A stretch of DNA of 64,000 nt, taken from Podarcis cretensis (lineage: Eukaryota). Below the pieces are notes generated by a model. That model was not told where the DNA came from and ran no database searches. It was given only the letters and a program-made list of their open reading frames with translations. Positions 23,937 to 37,242 of the stretch are shown here, in pieces. The position numbers and the translations under genes were made by a program. The number at the start of each line of letters is the position of its first letter. Within the stretch, counting starts at the first letter, position 1. Where the stretch lies: assembly GCA_951804945.1 (NCBI GenBank), contig OX638151.1, positions 34,534,001 through 34,598,000 of the forward strand. Direction: 5' to 3'.

Positions 23937-26891
23937 GTGAAGATGAGCAATAGTTGACTGGTATAGGCTTAGGAATGCTTCATAATAAAGATGTAATAAG
24001 ACACCTGGCTGGATAAGCTACCAAGAGGCCACTTTTCCCTAAGGAGCTGGTGAAGCAGACCATAGCAGTTGAATGTGTTTTGGCTGAAATTCATTATTTT
24101 GGTGTGGTGGACCCAGGTTTCTCCCATAGTCTGGATGGTAGAGATGAATCTGTGCTGAATGTTGGATATGAAAGCTAATGAAGGTGTCCACACTCTATAT
24201 TTGGGAGGGGGGAAATCAAGCTCTTTCTACTTAAGTACAACACTTTAAGGAATACAGATTTAAAGATGCACTCATCCACAGGGATAATGGGAACTCCAAG
24301 CTGCCACTGAAATCACTGAGCTTCAAGGTTAGCGTTTGTGAGCATCAGGCCACAGGCAAAGAAGTTTAATTGGCCACAGCCAAGTCTGAGAATCTTGCTC
24401 AGCTAATTCAGGCAAGAAAATAAGCAACTGTTACCAGCAATATATGCTGATGTTCCATCTTGATTTTCCAAGCCTGTGACCCTCTTCTATCTGTATTAAA
24501 ATTAACAGCCAGGAGACTTTAGTCCTCACTATTGATGGATTCCAGTGGTGAACAAGCAGAAGCAGTCATTGCAATCAGCAGGTGTCACAACACAAAAGCT
24601 TACCTGTCTATTTTAGCAAGAGATATTTAATCATGTAGGAAGAGAAGTTTACTACGGTTAGTCAGTCTGCATTTGATAGCTGATTCAGGGCTCTTAAAGC
24701 TGGCCACAAACATAGCATTTGATGAGCTGAAGAAGGAGAACCAATTTCTTCCATATTACTTTCTAGTGTTTTGGCTGATTTTTCAAGTAGGTGTGATGGT
24801 GCACAGCTAATGCTGCTGAGGAATGTGTCTCTGTAACAACAGAGGAGAGGTGGCTACACAGACAACTCCTCTCTGTAAGGGAGGGAGGGTTAATGAAAAT
24901 GAAACTGAAGGTCCAGCAAAAAACCGACAATGATCTAACTGTGGAATTGTTCTGGAGGAATACACATCATGGCCACATTACTGCCAAACAAATACCCAAG
25001 AATGTGGGAGAAATATAGGGTTCATGGAGCTTCCTAGAAGCATCATGAGATTTGTCACTTTTATTCACAGACTGGACATGGTTCAAAAAGTATTGTACCC
25101 ACCCAATGAAAAGACAGCTGCCCAGGTATGGCTGCACAAAAGGTCCTTTGTATGTCTACTTGCCAAATATATGGTCAGTGTAGTTAGCTCTGAGTCTGAC
25201 CTGTTTGGAGGTGGGTAGGGGAAGGGTAGGGGAAGAAAGCCTAGATTCTCTCCCCCCACAACAAATTTCTATCTAAAATAAGACCTGTACAGTCAACACT
25301 GGCAGCACACATCTGCTGACAAATGTGTATACAGACCAAATTGTGTACACTTTCTAATTGACATGCCTACTAACCGTATACCACAGAACCCTGTGATGGA
25401 TTCTGGAGAGTGTTCTCAGATGCAGACTCAGTTAGAAACATAGGGTTGTATCCAACCCTGCCATTCTATATGCACAACATTTTTCTGCTTGCACAATGGA
25501 CCTTCCCCCTCTTCTCCCCTCCTCTGCAGTTCCTACACAACCTCAGCATCTGCTCCAGAGAGCTGGGGAACTCTATGGGGAGCATGTGGAGAGAGGAGAG
25601 GGGTGGGAAAAAAATTGTCATATTAGATAAGAATAAGATCTCACAGAAGTTTTATTCTCCAATCACCAAGGACATTATCTGACTATGGATGTATGTATCA
25701 AAATCACAATTTCCCCCCACAGATATTGTATTTATGCAAATCTAATGCACCATCAAATCTAATGCGCACCCTAATTTTCACAACATAATTTAGCAAAAAA
25801 AAAAAAAAAAAAAAAAGGTATGCATTACATTCAAGTAAATATGGCAGTTTCATTTATTTTGAGACCTGATGTGGTTATTGTTTCTTTTTTTTTGTTTTTG
25901 CCACGGTGGTCAAAACCTTTTATGATGGAGTGACTTGCTGCAGAGTGATTTCTTAGTGCTTTGGTACTGCGACTGGAGAGTTTCTGCATTAAAAATGGAT
26001 TAAATTAAGTTACTTAGAGTCTCTGTCCTGCTGATATCCCTAGTGTACTCAGTCCTCGGCCAGCAAGCCGACCTCACAAGATCACATTGGCTACTGAGGA
26101 CTCGAGGAGATGAATTTGCTTGAAAACAAGCCAGGCAGTGACCCATCTATTTTTATTTCCCGAATACAGTGCCAGGAGCATATAGAAATAACTGCGAGTA
26201 AGGTGTGAATGCCAAACAAAGGATCAAGGGTTTGGCTGGGCTGGGTATGCCTTCTATGCTGCCATACTCTTAATTAGAACATAAACATTGTCAAATTGTA
26301 ACATTAGCATCTGTAATTGGTCCAACAGAACGAGAGACTAATTGTGCCACATTAGTGGCCAGATTGCTCTGAGGCAGGATCACTGTTCAAAATGGAAAAC
26401 ACTAATTACCATGATGTGATGAATGAAAGGAGCAACAAACCCCAGGTTAATAAGAGGAGGAGGTGTATGAAATGTGCAGTATGCAAAGAGCAAGCAGGTT
26501 CCTAACATGATCAGAGACTATGAAAAAGTGCTTTGTTACTTCACTATATCTGATGTGGGTATGTAGGCCAATTTTCATGGCTGAGCAGCAGTACGGGCAG
26601 CATGTTGAATCCAAAGTGCCTTGCAGCTGGCTATGCAGCAGAGTGGTCATCTCGTGGCGCCAGATTAATTTTCAGCCTGCAGTGAAGAAGTGGAAACTTG
26701 CCTCCTCACACACATTGAAAATTGATCTGGCTAGACAACAGAGCAATCAGATGATCACATTGCTGCTCTGCCAGTTACAACGCGCCTTAAACTTGTTATT
26801 TGGCCATGAACAATTGTGATGCCTACAGATAGTATTGCACATTTATTAGAGGTGCTTTTCATTTTTTTATGAGGTAAAGCAAAGTAATGCA

Positions 26892-29595
26892 GTACAGCAA
26901 ACTAAATATGACATAATAGGCATCACTGAAACCTGGTGGGATAAGTCCCACGATTGGAATGTAATAATGGAGGGATACAATCTATTTCAGAGAAGCAGAC
27001 CAGACAAGAAAGGAGGAGGAGTGGCGTTATATGTCAGGGATGTGTATACCTGTGAAGAGATCCAAGATTTAGAACCTCAAAGCCAAAGTGAGAGCATTTG
27101 GGTCAAAATTAAGGGAGAGAAGAATAACAGTGACCTCATTATGGGAGTTTACTATAGATCCCCAAGCCAAACGGAGGACATAGATGATGCCTTCCTGGAA
27201 CAGATGGCCAAGCATGCAAAAGGAAGGGAGATAGTAGTAATGGGGGACTTCAGTTACCCGAATATTTGTTGGATGTCAAACTCAGCCAAGAGCATAAGGT
27301 GAAACAGATTCCTCACTGGCCTTGCAGACAACTTCATTGTCCAGAAAGTGGGAGAAGCAACAAGAGAAACAGCCATTTTAGATCTGGTCCTAACCAATGT
27401 TGATGACCTGGTTAGTGGGGTAGAAGTGGAAGGATCATTAGGCGCGAGTGATCATGCTCTTCTGAAGTTTACTATACAGCGGAAAGGAGCAGCCAAGCAT
27501 ACTAGGACTCAATTTCTTGACTTTAAGAAAACCGACTTCATAAAAATTAGGGAAGTGCTGGGTGAGATCCCATGGACAGTAATACTAAAAGGAAAGGGAG
27601 TTCATGATGGCTGGGAGTTTGTTAAGAGGGAGATAGTAAAAGCACAACTTCAGGCAATACCAATGAGATGGAAACATGGAAGGTGCCTAAAGAAGCCAGG
27701 GTGGCTATCTAAAGAACTTTTAACTGAGTTAAGATTAAAAAAGTATGTGTACAAAAAATGGAAAAGGGGGGAAACCACCAAGTAGGAATTCAAACAAATA
27801 GCCAGCATGTGTAGACACAAAGTCAGAAAAGCTAAAGCACAGAATGAACTCAGGCTTGCTAGAGAGGTTAAAAGCAACAAAAAAGGCTTTTATGGGTATG
27901 TTCGTAGCAAAAGGAAGAACAAAGAAACAGTGGGGTCACTCAGAGGAGCAGATGGTGAAATGCAAACAGGGGACACAGAAAGGGCTGAACTCCTCAATGC
28001 CTTCTTTGCCTCAGTCTTCTCCGATAAAGAAAACAATGCCCGACCTGAAGAATTTGGAGCAAATGATTCAGCAGAGGAAACACAGCCCAGAATAACTAAG
28101 GAGATAGTACAAGAATACTTGGCTAGTTTAGATGTATTCAAGTCTCCAGGGCCAGATGAACTGCATCCAAGAGTATTAAAAGAACTGGCAGATGTGATCT
28201 CTGAACCACTGGAAGTCATCTTTGAGAATTCCTGGAGAACAGGCGAAGTCCCGGCAGACTGGAGGAGGGCAAATGTTGTCCCTATTTTCAAAAAGGGGAA
28301 AAAAGAGGACCCAAATAATTACCGCCCAGTCAGTCTGACATCAATACCAGGGAAGATTCTGGAGCAGATCATTAAGCAAACAGTCTGTGAGCACCTAGAA
28401 AGGAATGCTGTGATCACCAATAGTCAGCATGGATTTCTGAAAAATAAGTCATGTCAGACTAACCTGATCTCGTTTTTTGACAGAATTACAACCCTGGTAG
28501 ATGAAGGGAATGCAGTGGATGTAGCCTACCTTGATTTCAGCAAGGCATTTGACAAGGTGCCCCATGATATTCTTGTAAAGAAGCTGGTAAAATGCGGACT
28601 TGACTATGCTACCACTCAGTGGATTTGTAACTGGCTGACTGACCGAACCCAAAGGGTGCTCATCAATGGTTCCTCTTCATCCTGGAGAAGAGTGACTAGT
28701 GGGGTGCCACAGGGTTCTGTCTTGGGCCCGGTCTTATTCAACATCTTTATCAACGACTTGGATGATGGACTCAAGGGCATCCTGATCAAATTTGCAGATG
28801 ACACCAAACTGGGAGGGGTGGCTAACACCCCAGAGGACAGGATCACACTTCAAAACGACCTTGACAGATTAGAGAACTGGGCCAAAACAAACAAGATGAA
28901 TTTTAACAGGGAGAAATGTAAAGTATTGCACTTGGGCAAAAAAAAATGAGAGGCACAAATACAAGATGGGTGACACCTGGCTTGAGAGCAGTACATGTGA
29001 AAAGGATCTAGGAGTCTTGATTGACCACAAACTTGACATGAGCCAACAGTGTGATGCGGCAGCTAAAAAAGCCAATGCAATTCTGGGCCGCATCAATAGG
29101 AGTATAGCATCTAGATCAAGGGAAGTAATAGTGCCACTGTATTCTGCTCTGGTCAGACCTCACCTGGAGTACTGTGTCCAGTTCTGGGCACCACAGTTCA
29201 AGAAGGACACTGACAAACTGGAACGTGTCCAGAGGAGGGCAACCAAAATGGTCAAAGGCCTGGAAACAATGCCTTATGAGGAACGGCTAAGGGAGCTGGG
29301 CATGTTTAGCCTGGAGAAGAGGAGGTTAAGGGGTGATATGATAGCCATGTTCAAATATATAAAAGGATGTCACATAGAGGAGGGAGAAAGGTTGTTTTTT
29401 GCTGCTCCAGAGAAGCGGACACGGAGCAATGGTTCCAAACTACAAGAAAGAAGATTCCACCTAAACATTAGGAAGAACTTCCTGACAGTAAGAGCTGTTC
29501 GACAGTGGAATTTGCTGCCAAGGAGTGTGGTGGAGTCTCCTTCTTTGGAGGTCTTTAAGCAGAGGCTTGACAACCATATGTCAGGAGTGCTCTGA
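26892..29595 (+). pseudogene. Disrupted CR1 ORF2 (APE endonuclease + reverse transcriptase)
   Basis: Three ORF-track pieces share a frame and are separated by stops at 27300-27302 (TGA) and 27783-27785 (TAG). A +1 frameshift in A9 (28938-28946) precedes the last piece. Confidence 0.92.
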
Positions 29596-29673
29596 TGGTG
29601 TTTCCTGCTTGGCAGGGGGTTGGACTCGATGGCCCTTGTGGTCTCTTCCAACTCTATGATTCTATGATTCTAT
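26892..29673 (+). mobile_element. CR1 LINE, 5'-truncated within the endonuclease domain
   Basis: APE motifs (IGITETWW, GVYYRSP, MGDFS, LDLVLTN, SDH), RT motifs ([40 protein letters not shown]), CR1 3' UTR and (ATTCTATG)n tail. Confidence 0.97.
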
Positions 29674-29764
29674 CCAGGGAGCACTGTTGTGTTGAGGGGA
29701 AAACTCGCCCTCTACCCATGACACTGCGTAGCACCAGCCCTCCTTTCAAGAGATAACAAGGAAC

Positions 29765-30160
29765 CCAGCTATGGCAAAAAAGCAGACTGCATGCTAGGGA
29801 TCATTAGAAAAGGAACTGAAAATGAAGCTTCCGATATCCAAAACGTGGCAGTTGTGGCCCGGACCACTGTCAAAACATGTGAAACTAATTCCTTGTTATT
29901 CAGGTCTCAATCCTACTCTACAAACAAGTTTTAAAGAGCCATGCAAGGTTTGCACTTCTCCAGATACTGAGGACACAGGTGATCAGAGGTAGCAATGCTT
30001 CTGAATACCAGTTGCTGGAAGCCACTGGAGGAGAGAGTACTCTTGTGCTTGGGTCCTGCTTGCAAGTTTTCCACAAGTGTCTGGGTGGCCAGTGGGAAAG
30101 CAGGATGCTAGGCTAGATGGGCCATTGGGCTGATGCAGCAGAGCCTTCTTCTGTTTAGTA
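29765..30160 (+). mobile_element. Older CR1-type remnants (ORF2 piece and 3' UTR)
   Basis: GCAAAAAAGCAGACTGCATGCTAGGGATCATTAGAAAAGGA resembles the AKKAN.MLG.IRKG motif. The 3' part CAGGATGCTAGGCTAGATGGGCCATTGG..CAGCAG recurs at about 23545, 41600 (-) and 62175. Confidence 0.6.
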
Positions 30161-31251
30161 TGTTGATGCACTGCACATGTCCCGTTACAGGGCACAGGTC
30201 CTCTTGCCTCTCCACCCTTTCCCCATGTTTGTGACTGGCTTCTCCTTGGCCACAACTTTCTGCCACCTGTGTATGCGGCATCTTTAAAAGAAGCAGCAGG
30301 AGTAGAAGGGTAAGCAACTGGGCCCTGAGCCAGCTAGAGTTAGTTGTGCTTAAGACCCATAAAAGCCAGTGGACAAACTAAGCTGTACCCAGCATATGCC
30401 TCATGAATAATACCAGCTTTAGCCAGATTGTGGGAGACTGAACCAGTGATTTGGTGCCTTTTGACCAGCTATGGCTGAACTGTCTGCACATGTCAGAGGC
30501 CTGTTTTGCAGAGAGTGAAGAATTAGGGCTGATGGTCACAAATTCTTTTATTCATATTAGACTGTTTGTTTAATTGCTCATGATGATTGCATTCTAACTG
30601 CAATGAAACAGGTTCGTGAGATGGCTACTGTGGGAACTCAGATAACGGCTGGATGTGTCATTACTGACACCCCTCAGAAGGTTTGTCATCCCATTCTTAG
30701 TCACGCTCTGGAGCCATGGTCGAACTCTCAAAATGGCAATTCAAGCTACGTAAATAGGAATAGAACTACGTCAAAATGAAATTAAGGAAACCACCGCAAG
30801 CAAAATGTCTAGTGTGCTTCTAGTCTACCTTTCCATTTGCTTGTGCAAGATGTTTGTTAACCTTCAGCTCTTGCAGTCTCATTCACCCACAGGAGCTGTT
30901 CCAATCATAGATATCAAAATGCTTTTTTTGGACCTCTAATTTTCTGGGATCAACATAGCAATCAAACTACTAAATCTAAGGCATTTAATTCATCCAGTCT
31001 CATTGCATTCTCTTTTCTAATTTGATTCCTAAGCCCAGTCATGGACATCTGATGCTGGTTTGTAAACCTCTTCCTACTCTACTACTACTACTATTACTAT
31101 CATCATCATCAACAACAACAACAGTATTTCTTACCCAACATTTACTAGAAGGTCCCAGGGCAGCTTGCAATATATAAAAACACAACTAAAACTGTAAAAA
31201 AAGAGAACCTCACACCCATACTACCTTTCCCAACCCTATTTGCATAAAGGC

Positions 31252-31255
31252 TATA

Positions 31256-31300
<45 letters not shown>
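31252..31300 (+). repeat. (TA)n microsatellite
   Basis: Seen directly, with one GTG interruption. Confidence 0.97.
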
Positions 31301-31302
<2 letters not shown>

Positions 31303-32225
31303 ATAATCCTATATAAAGGCAATCCTAAAGGCACATATCAGGGATGAATTGAACTTGGTGGGATTTGCTAATGTCTGAACATGCATTGAATCACACTGCA
31401 AATATTCTGTAGTTCATGACACCAACAATGTTATCCTGTACATGTCCACTCAGAAGCACATAACTCCCATTTGGTCCAATGGAACTTACTCCCAGGTAAA
31501 TGTGCATAGGACTGCAGCCCAACAATCTGATACATTGCTGTTCCTCTCATCATTTATTTACTACGGGGGCCAATGTGTAGAGTTACAAAGAATCTGCATT
31601 TTATTCTTAGGCTTCACCCATCCTTTCCTAGAATCTCTTAAGAGTTCTCTTTTTGCTTTCCTTCACTTCTGTACTCCAGTGTCAGAGAATATGAATTTAT
31701 TATTTTTTTAAGTGGGCTTGTATAATCCCACAACCATCATCTTGCCCCCCCCCCCCATATTTCCTTACTAGCATTCACTTTGCTAAATGTTACCTTAGTT
31801 TGGTTGTTCATATCACTTATTATTACTTTCCTTAGTAAAGATAATTAAAACAACCAAATGAATACTTCAGCAGCTCAGCCACTGGAGATTATTCGTCAAA
31901 ATCTGAAATTTGCCTCCTTTATTTATTAATGGGTCTACGATTCAAGGCTTCCTAAGATATGTACCCCTTTGATTTAGTGTTTCCTCCGTAAGCTCTTCCT
32001 ATGACTTTTCTGATCTTGGAGCATTACATCTTAGCTATGCAGGTTGTGGATGGAAAGGGTGCTGCAGCTGTCATCCTTTGTACATGTTCTCTTGGTATTA
32101 TGGTATTCATAAGTATGCAGAGAAGCACATTTTCTGTCCTTTTATAGTGGCTCTTTGTATAATAACCATTTATATTGTCCATTCTCTGCCCAAAGGAAAC
32201 ACTTGCTGTTTTTTGTTCCTTTGTT

Positions 32226-32480
32226 CCAGCATGGTGTAGTGTAGTGGTTAAGAGTGGTGGACTCATAATCTGGTGAACCGGGTTTGCTTCCCCGCTCCTC
32301 CACATGCAGCTGCTGGGTGACCTTGGGCTAGTCACACTTCTCTGAAGTCTCTCATCCTCACTCACCTCACAGAGTGTTTGTTGTGGGGGAGGAAGGGAAA
32401 GGAGATTGTTAGCCGCTTTGAGACTCCTTAAGGGGAGTGGAAGGTGGGATATCAAGTCCAAACTCCTCCTCTTCTCTTCT
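32226..32480 (+). mobile_element. tRNA-derived CORE-SINE (Squam3-like)
   Basis: Near-identical to 2892-3144. Confidence 0.9.
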
Positions 32481-33939
32481 AAAACTGACATTTTATGTGG
32501 TCTCTGCTATTGAAAGGCACCTCCTCCTCCATCAACAAGCCCATTACCCTGTAGGGCTTGTTCTGTCTGTCTCACACACAGAGGGTGTTTCTAGACATGT
32601 GTTTATTGTGAGATCTGTGCTCTTTAAGCATGTGAGCTCTTTGCCGTGTCGACATCATGCCATTGTCGTAAAAATGCCATTTCATCTGAATTTACCCTTT
32701 CCAGAAAAATTCCAACAAGTTGCAAAGAAAACTGTTGTCAGAGACCCACTGGCAATATCTCAGCAACCCAGTTACAACATTCTGTCAGTGTTTTTCCCAG
32801 CTATGGGAAACCTTGAGCCTGAAGGTGAGAGATAGACTTCCACACCTCTCTATCTAGCCTTCAGAATTCTCTCAGCACCCAACCCCTCCTTGGCCCTACT
32901 GCACATATTGAACATTTTTGCTTAGCTGGAATGCATCCTTGAACTCTGCTAATTCTTCTTGTTTGTCTGGATATAGGATAAAGGTGTGTGCATGAGTGAG
33001 TGAGTGAGTGAGTGAGTCTACTGTGCAAAAGTAAAACTTAACATTTGCTGCTCCACCCACTTTTGCCTCTGGCCCTACCAATCACTGGCATGTGGCCCTC
33101 AAAAGGATAAACCCAGAAGGCAATGTGGCTCTTGGACTGAATAAGTTTCTCCATTCTGTGCTATAATATGAAATGAAGTTGCATCTTGTCTTTGTCATGA
33201 TGCCTCCTCTTCCATGCTAAGCCATATAGTTTTTTTTTCTTCATTTACAGTTGTAGAAGCAAAGCTGGGTCCAGAGGGTGGCAATGTTGAGCCAGGCAAA
33301 TGGCCTACTGCCCCAATGGACTCGTCATTCTCACTCTGCAGGAAGTCAGGCAATATAATCATTGGTTTTCATGCCCTGCTTCTCCCAGCTTCTGGGGTAA
33401 AACCTGGACTGCACCCCAAATCCTAGAGCTGTCATTGAGTAGGACCATCTACATTTCCTTCCAATTACATGCAAGTTTTCATATTCTCACAGCAAGCATC
33501 CATTCAGTGCTTTTCTGTGACACCACGAAGGAGTGTCAGAGCCACTCTTTGCTCTTACCTTCATTGTTTACCACACCAATGCAGCATACAGTCACACCAC
33601 ACATTCAAAGCACATTTCGGGCACATGCCACCTCCCAAAGAATACTGGGAACTCAAGTTTGTTAAGGGTGCTAGTAATTGTAGATCTGTGAGGGGTAAGC
33701 TACAGTTCCCAGGATTCTTTGGAAGAAGACATGTGTTTAAATGTGCTTTAAACATAAGGTGCAGATGTGACCTATCTGTCACAATAAGGTCAAATAAGTT
33801 TTGCTGCAGTTCTCAGGAAGTTTCCCTTTATCACATATATTTTTAGACAGGACTGGAGAGAAGAGAGGGACAGAGAACAGCTAGGGTGCTCACACACACA
33901 TGACTGACTCAGAGTGTGCTGACAGATATGATGACCCAG

Positions 33940-34036
33940 GCAAATTGGACTGGACTTAACCATCCAGAGGTCCTTTGCCTAAAGCAAGATGAGTGCTGCA
34001 CCCCATAGTTGCCTTTGACTGAACTTACTGTCCAAG
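33940..34036 (+). mobile_element. Sauria SINE 3' fragment
   Basis: TAAAGCAAGATGAGTGCTGCACCCC..TTTACCTTTACC matches the 3' end of the copy at 61782. Confidence 0.7.
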
Positions 34037-36496
34037 GGTCATTTACCTTTACCTACATGGTCAATGATCAACTGTATTCTTATCTCAGTTTTACAGCTTA
34101 CTTTTGGCTGAGCCAATATGGAAAGTGTATTTCATGAACATTTACGCCTGTGAAACATGCCCTTCCTTTTCATCCTTTTTGTACCCTTTTGTGAAAAGGG
34201 TATGGAATTATTCACAAAGGGAAATGTCAAGGGAAGAAAAAATGCTCCTCTTACCCTAATCCAGTCACATACTTCAGTGAGGATGCACATTTGAATGAAC
34301 TCCTGAATGCAGTGTGTATAGGTGACATGGATATCTGAATGTGCAACCCACATTCTGACTCAACTAGTGACACAATAGCTATGTAAGATTAGAGTTTAGG
34401 GTTAAAGTCTTGGCACACAGCGCTTGCAGATAATGGAGGCCCAGCTTGGCAAGAAACAGGACAATGGCCTGATTACCTATGCAAGAGACATGCACCCCCT
34501 TTCCCTCTCCATTTAGAATTAAAGCCATGGAAGGGTTTTATTTGCCCTCAGAGAGCTTATCACTAAGCCTAATCTGATTGTTATATGGCACTGTGACATT
34601 GTCAGGTCCACCATTTAGTCCTTGATTGGCTGGGATTATATCTCAAGTGGGGGAGAATGGTGCTGAAGAAGCAGTTGATGGGAGCTGTGAACAGGTGCAA
34701 TAACATGCATTGAAAGTGGAAAGGAGTCTGATTTTTTGCTAAGCCCCAGCAACTTTCACACTGAAAATCAGACCACATATGAATTTTGGCATAATGCAGT
34801 TTTTATCATACTTTGGCTTACTTAGCTTGCTTTTTCTTCCTGGAGAACCTGTATTATTTCATGGCTCCAAGTATGCACAGTGAATGTCCCCAAAACATTT
34901 AAAGCAAATGTGCATCAGTGGCTAAGGCAGCAATTGAGGTCCAGATTGTAGCATTATTAACAACAACATCAACAAAATCATATTCCAAGACAAAGTGGTT
35001 GCATGGGGAAAGAAATAACTGTCTAAGAGAGCAATCCCCCTCACAGCTTTTCCTACTTTTGCACCCACAAGCCATTAAATACAAATGCAACCTTGAGTTT
35101 TTGCTCTCTTGCTTCTCCTTCTACAACAGACCATTACTAAAAACTGTTGGTTGGCAATGAAAAATTTAGGTATAAAAATTTCATGGATGCCAAGATCCAG
35201 GTTTGGTGCTAGTACTCTTGGGTGAAAGAACCCCAGCAGAGATTTAAAATCACAAAAAAATTCAGTAAAGCAAAGTGTAGGCTGTTTAAACCTTTAAAAT
35301 ATGCCCTTCTGAGTTCCTTCCAAAGTTTTCCACTTTCTCTAGCATAGAAAAAGACTACATCTTTGGTATGTTAAAAATTGTTTACTTATAAACTTTTCAA
35401 AGGTCAGATTCATGTGCTTTTCTATATGGCATTCACAGGCAGTAAGACTTAGGTTAATTCCAAAGTTGTTAAAGTGTTTCTAAATTATTTGTATAGCAAC
35501 ACAAGGATGGCTTTGTGTTGCTATACAAACACAAGTATGGCTTTGCTGGTGTTCACATGGTAGACCAAAGGACAAAGACTTGATTGCCCTCAATCCAAGG
35601 TGAGGGGGAATGGCCTAGCTAAGTCTGATGGGACAGCTTTCTCTATGACATTAACTCCTTCATGCATTAATTAAAGCATGTAGGTTATATGAGGCTGGTT
35701 ATCCCACAAAAACAAGGACTATGATGTTCCATATTTAATGCATTGGAAATACATCTGGAAATAGAGATTAATGAAACTCATAAAAGAAGCCCCCCAGTGC
35801 TGCTTTAAATAGATGCAAATCAGATTTGACCGAGCAGCCAAACATCTTGTAATCAGTTCCTCAAAGAGAATACTCAAAATAATTTCTTGTCGTTCCCACC
35901 AATTCATTCTCTCCAATAAATGTCATTTTTGTAAGAGGCTGACTAGAAAAGAAAACGCTTTGCATGAGCAAAGGAGCAGTCCTAAAGAATTTGATGCAGA
36001 AGCAATCTGGGCAATGAACTCTTGATCTCCATGAAAGCAGACACTGGTTTGCTTTAGTATTGCAGGACAGAGAATACCATGAGTAGTGGGCCATAGCTAA
36101 GTGCGTAAGTTATTGTTCTTCTATTTTGCAAAGGGGGCTCTTGGGTCAAGAGGAAAATAAAAAAAGAGAGTGAGAGATTGTTTTCACTGTTTTACAGGTC
36201 CAAAGTAACTATGGAAAAGATTCGAGTATTTGCCATTTGGGGGCTGTTTGGGGGTTGTGCGGAAGAAGTATAATTTGTTTTTGGCTGTTGTGCTGTGCCT
36301 GTGAATTTTAGATGGGTCAAGAAAGGGCACTTTTTTTAATCCAGCTAGAAAAGTGAACAAATAATTGACCCACAGAGACGGCAGCAGGGATGTGTGCGGG
36401 GGAAAGAAGGGTGGGTGGCCACATATACTAGGGATTCCCCAGAGTGTCCTTTCAGATTTCTATGGAGAGGTAAAAGAAACCCAACGGAGGGAAAGC

Positions 36497-36755
36497 TTTT
36501 ATTTATTTATTGCATATTCCACCTTTTTCCTCCAAGGAGCTCAAGGTGCAATGCATTGTCCTCCTCCTGAAACCCCTGGGTATAGGGCAGTATATAAATT
36601 CTAATTCTTATAATAATAATAATATCCCTACAGCAAGCCTGTGAGGTATATTAGACTGAGAGACAGTAACTGGCCCAAGGTCACCCAGTGGGGATTTGAA
36701 CCCTGGTCTCCCAGGTGCTAGGCTGACACACTAACCATAACACTACACTGGTTCT
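36497..36755 (-). mobile_element. Older tRNA/CORE-SINE
   Basis: CTGGCCCAAGGTCACCCAG (CORE, reverse), GGATTTGAACCC (B box, reverse), CACTACACTGGTTCTC head, (TTTA)n tail. Confidence 0.75.
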
Positions 36756-37058
36756 CCAGAAAACAAGGCCAAAGGCCTCAATACCTCAAGGCTCTTTGTT
36801 GTGCTTACTTTTGAATACCAATACCTACCTACCTATTGTTTAAGGTACTTTACATAAAATATGAAATAATTCTAGCTTCTCTCTATCTCTTGTTTGTTAT
36901 AACTAGAAAGCTAAGATAGCTACAGCTGTTTATGTCTCAGAAATAGAGACATATAGTCTGAAATATGCCCATCCCCTGCCCTCCTTAAAGGATGTCTCTG
37001 AGAGGAGCCAAATGGGTGAAAGTCAAATGATGCAGTTAGGTAATTTTAGACTTGGGAG

Positions 37059-37242
37059 CATAGGAACATAGGAGGCTGCCTTATATGAAGTCAGACCATT
37101 GTTCCATCTAGTTGAGTACTGTCCGCTCTGGCTTGCAGTGGCTCTCCAGGATGACAAACAGGGGTCTCTTCCAGCTGTACCTGGATTGAACATGGGACTT
37201 TAGGTATGCAGGGGAAATTCTCTCCCACTGAGCTGTGGCTGA
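37059..37242 (-). mobile_element. tRNA-derived SINE with CR1-like tail (possibly Squam2-like)
   Basis: Minus strand begins AGCTCAGTGG (A box)...GTTCAATCC (B box) and ends CCTATGTTCCTATG; related copy at 45365-45545. Confidence 0.65.

Noticed and set aside
27650-29651. Several minus-strand ORFs within the CR1
   Set aside because: Antisense shadows of CR1 ORF2.
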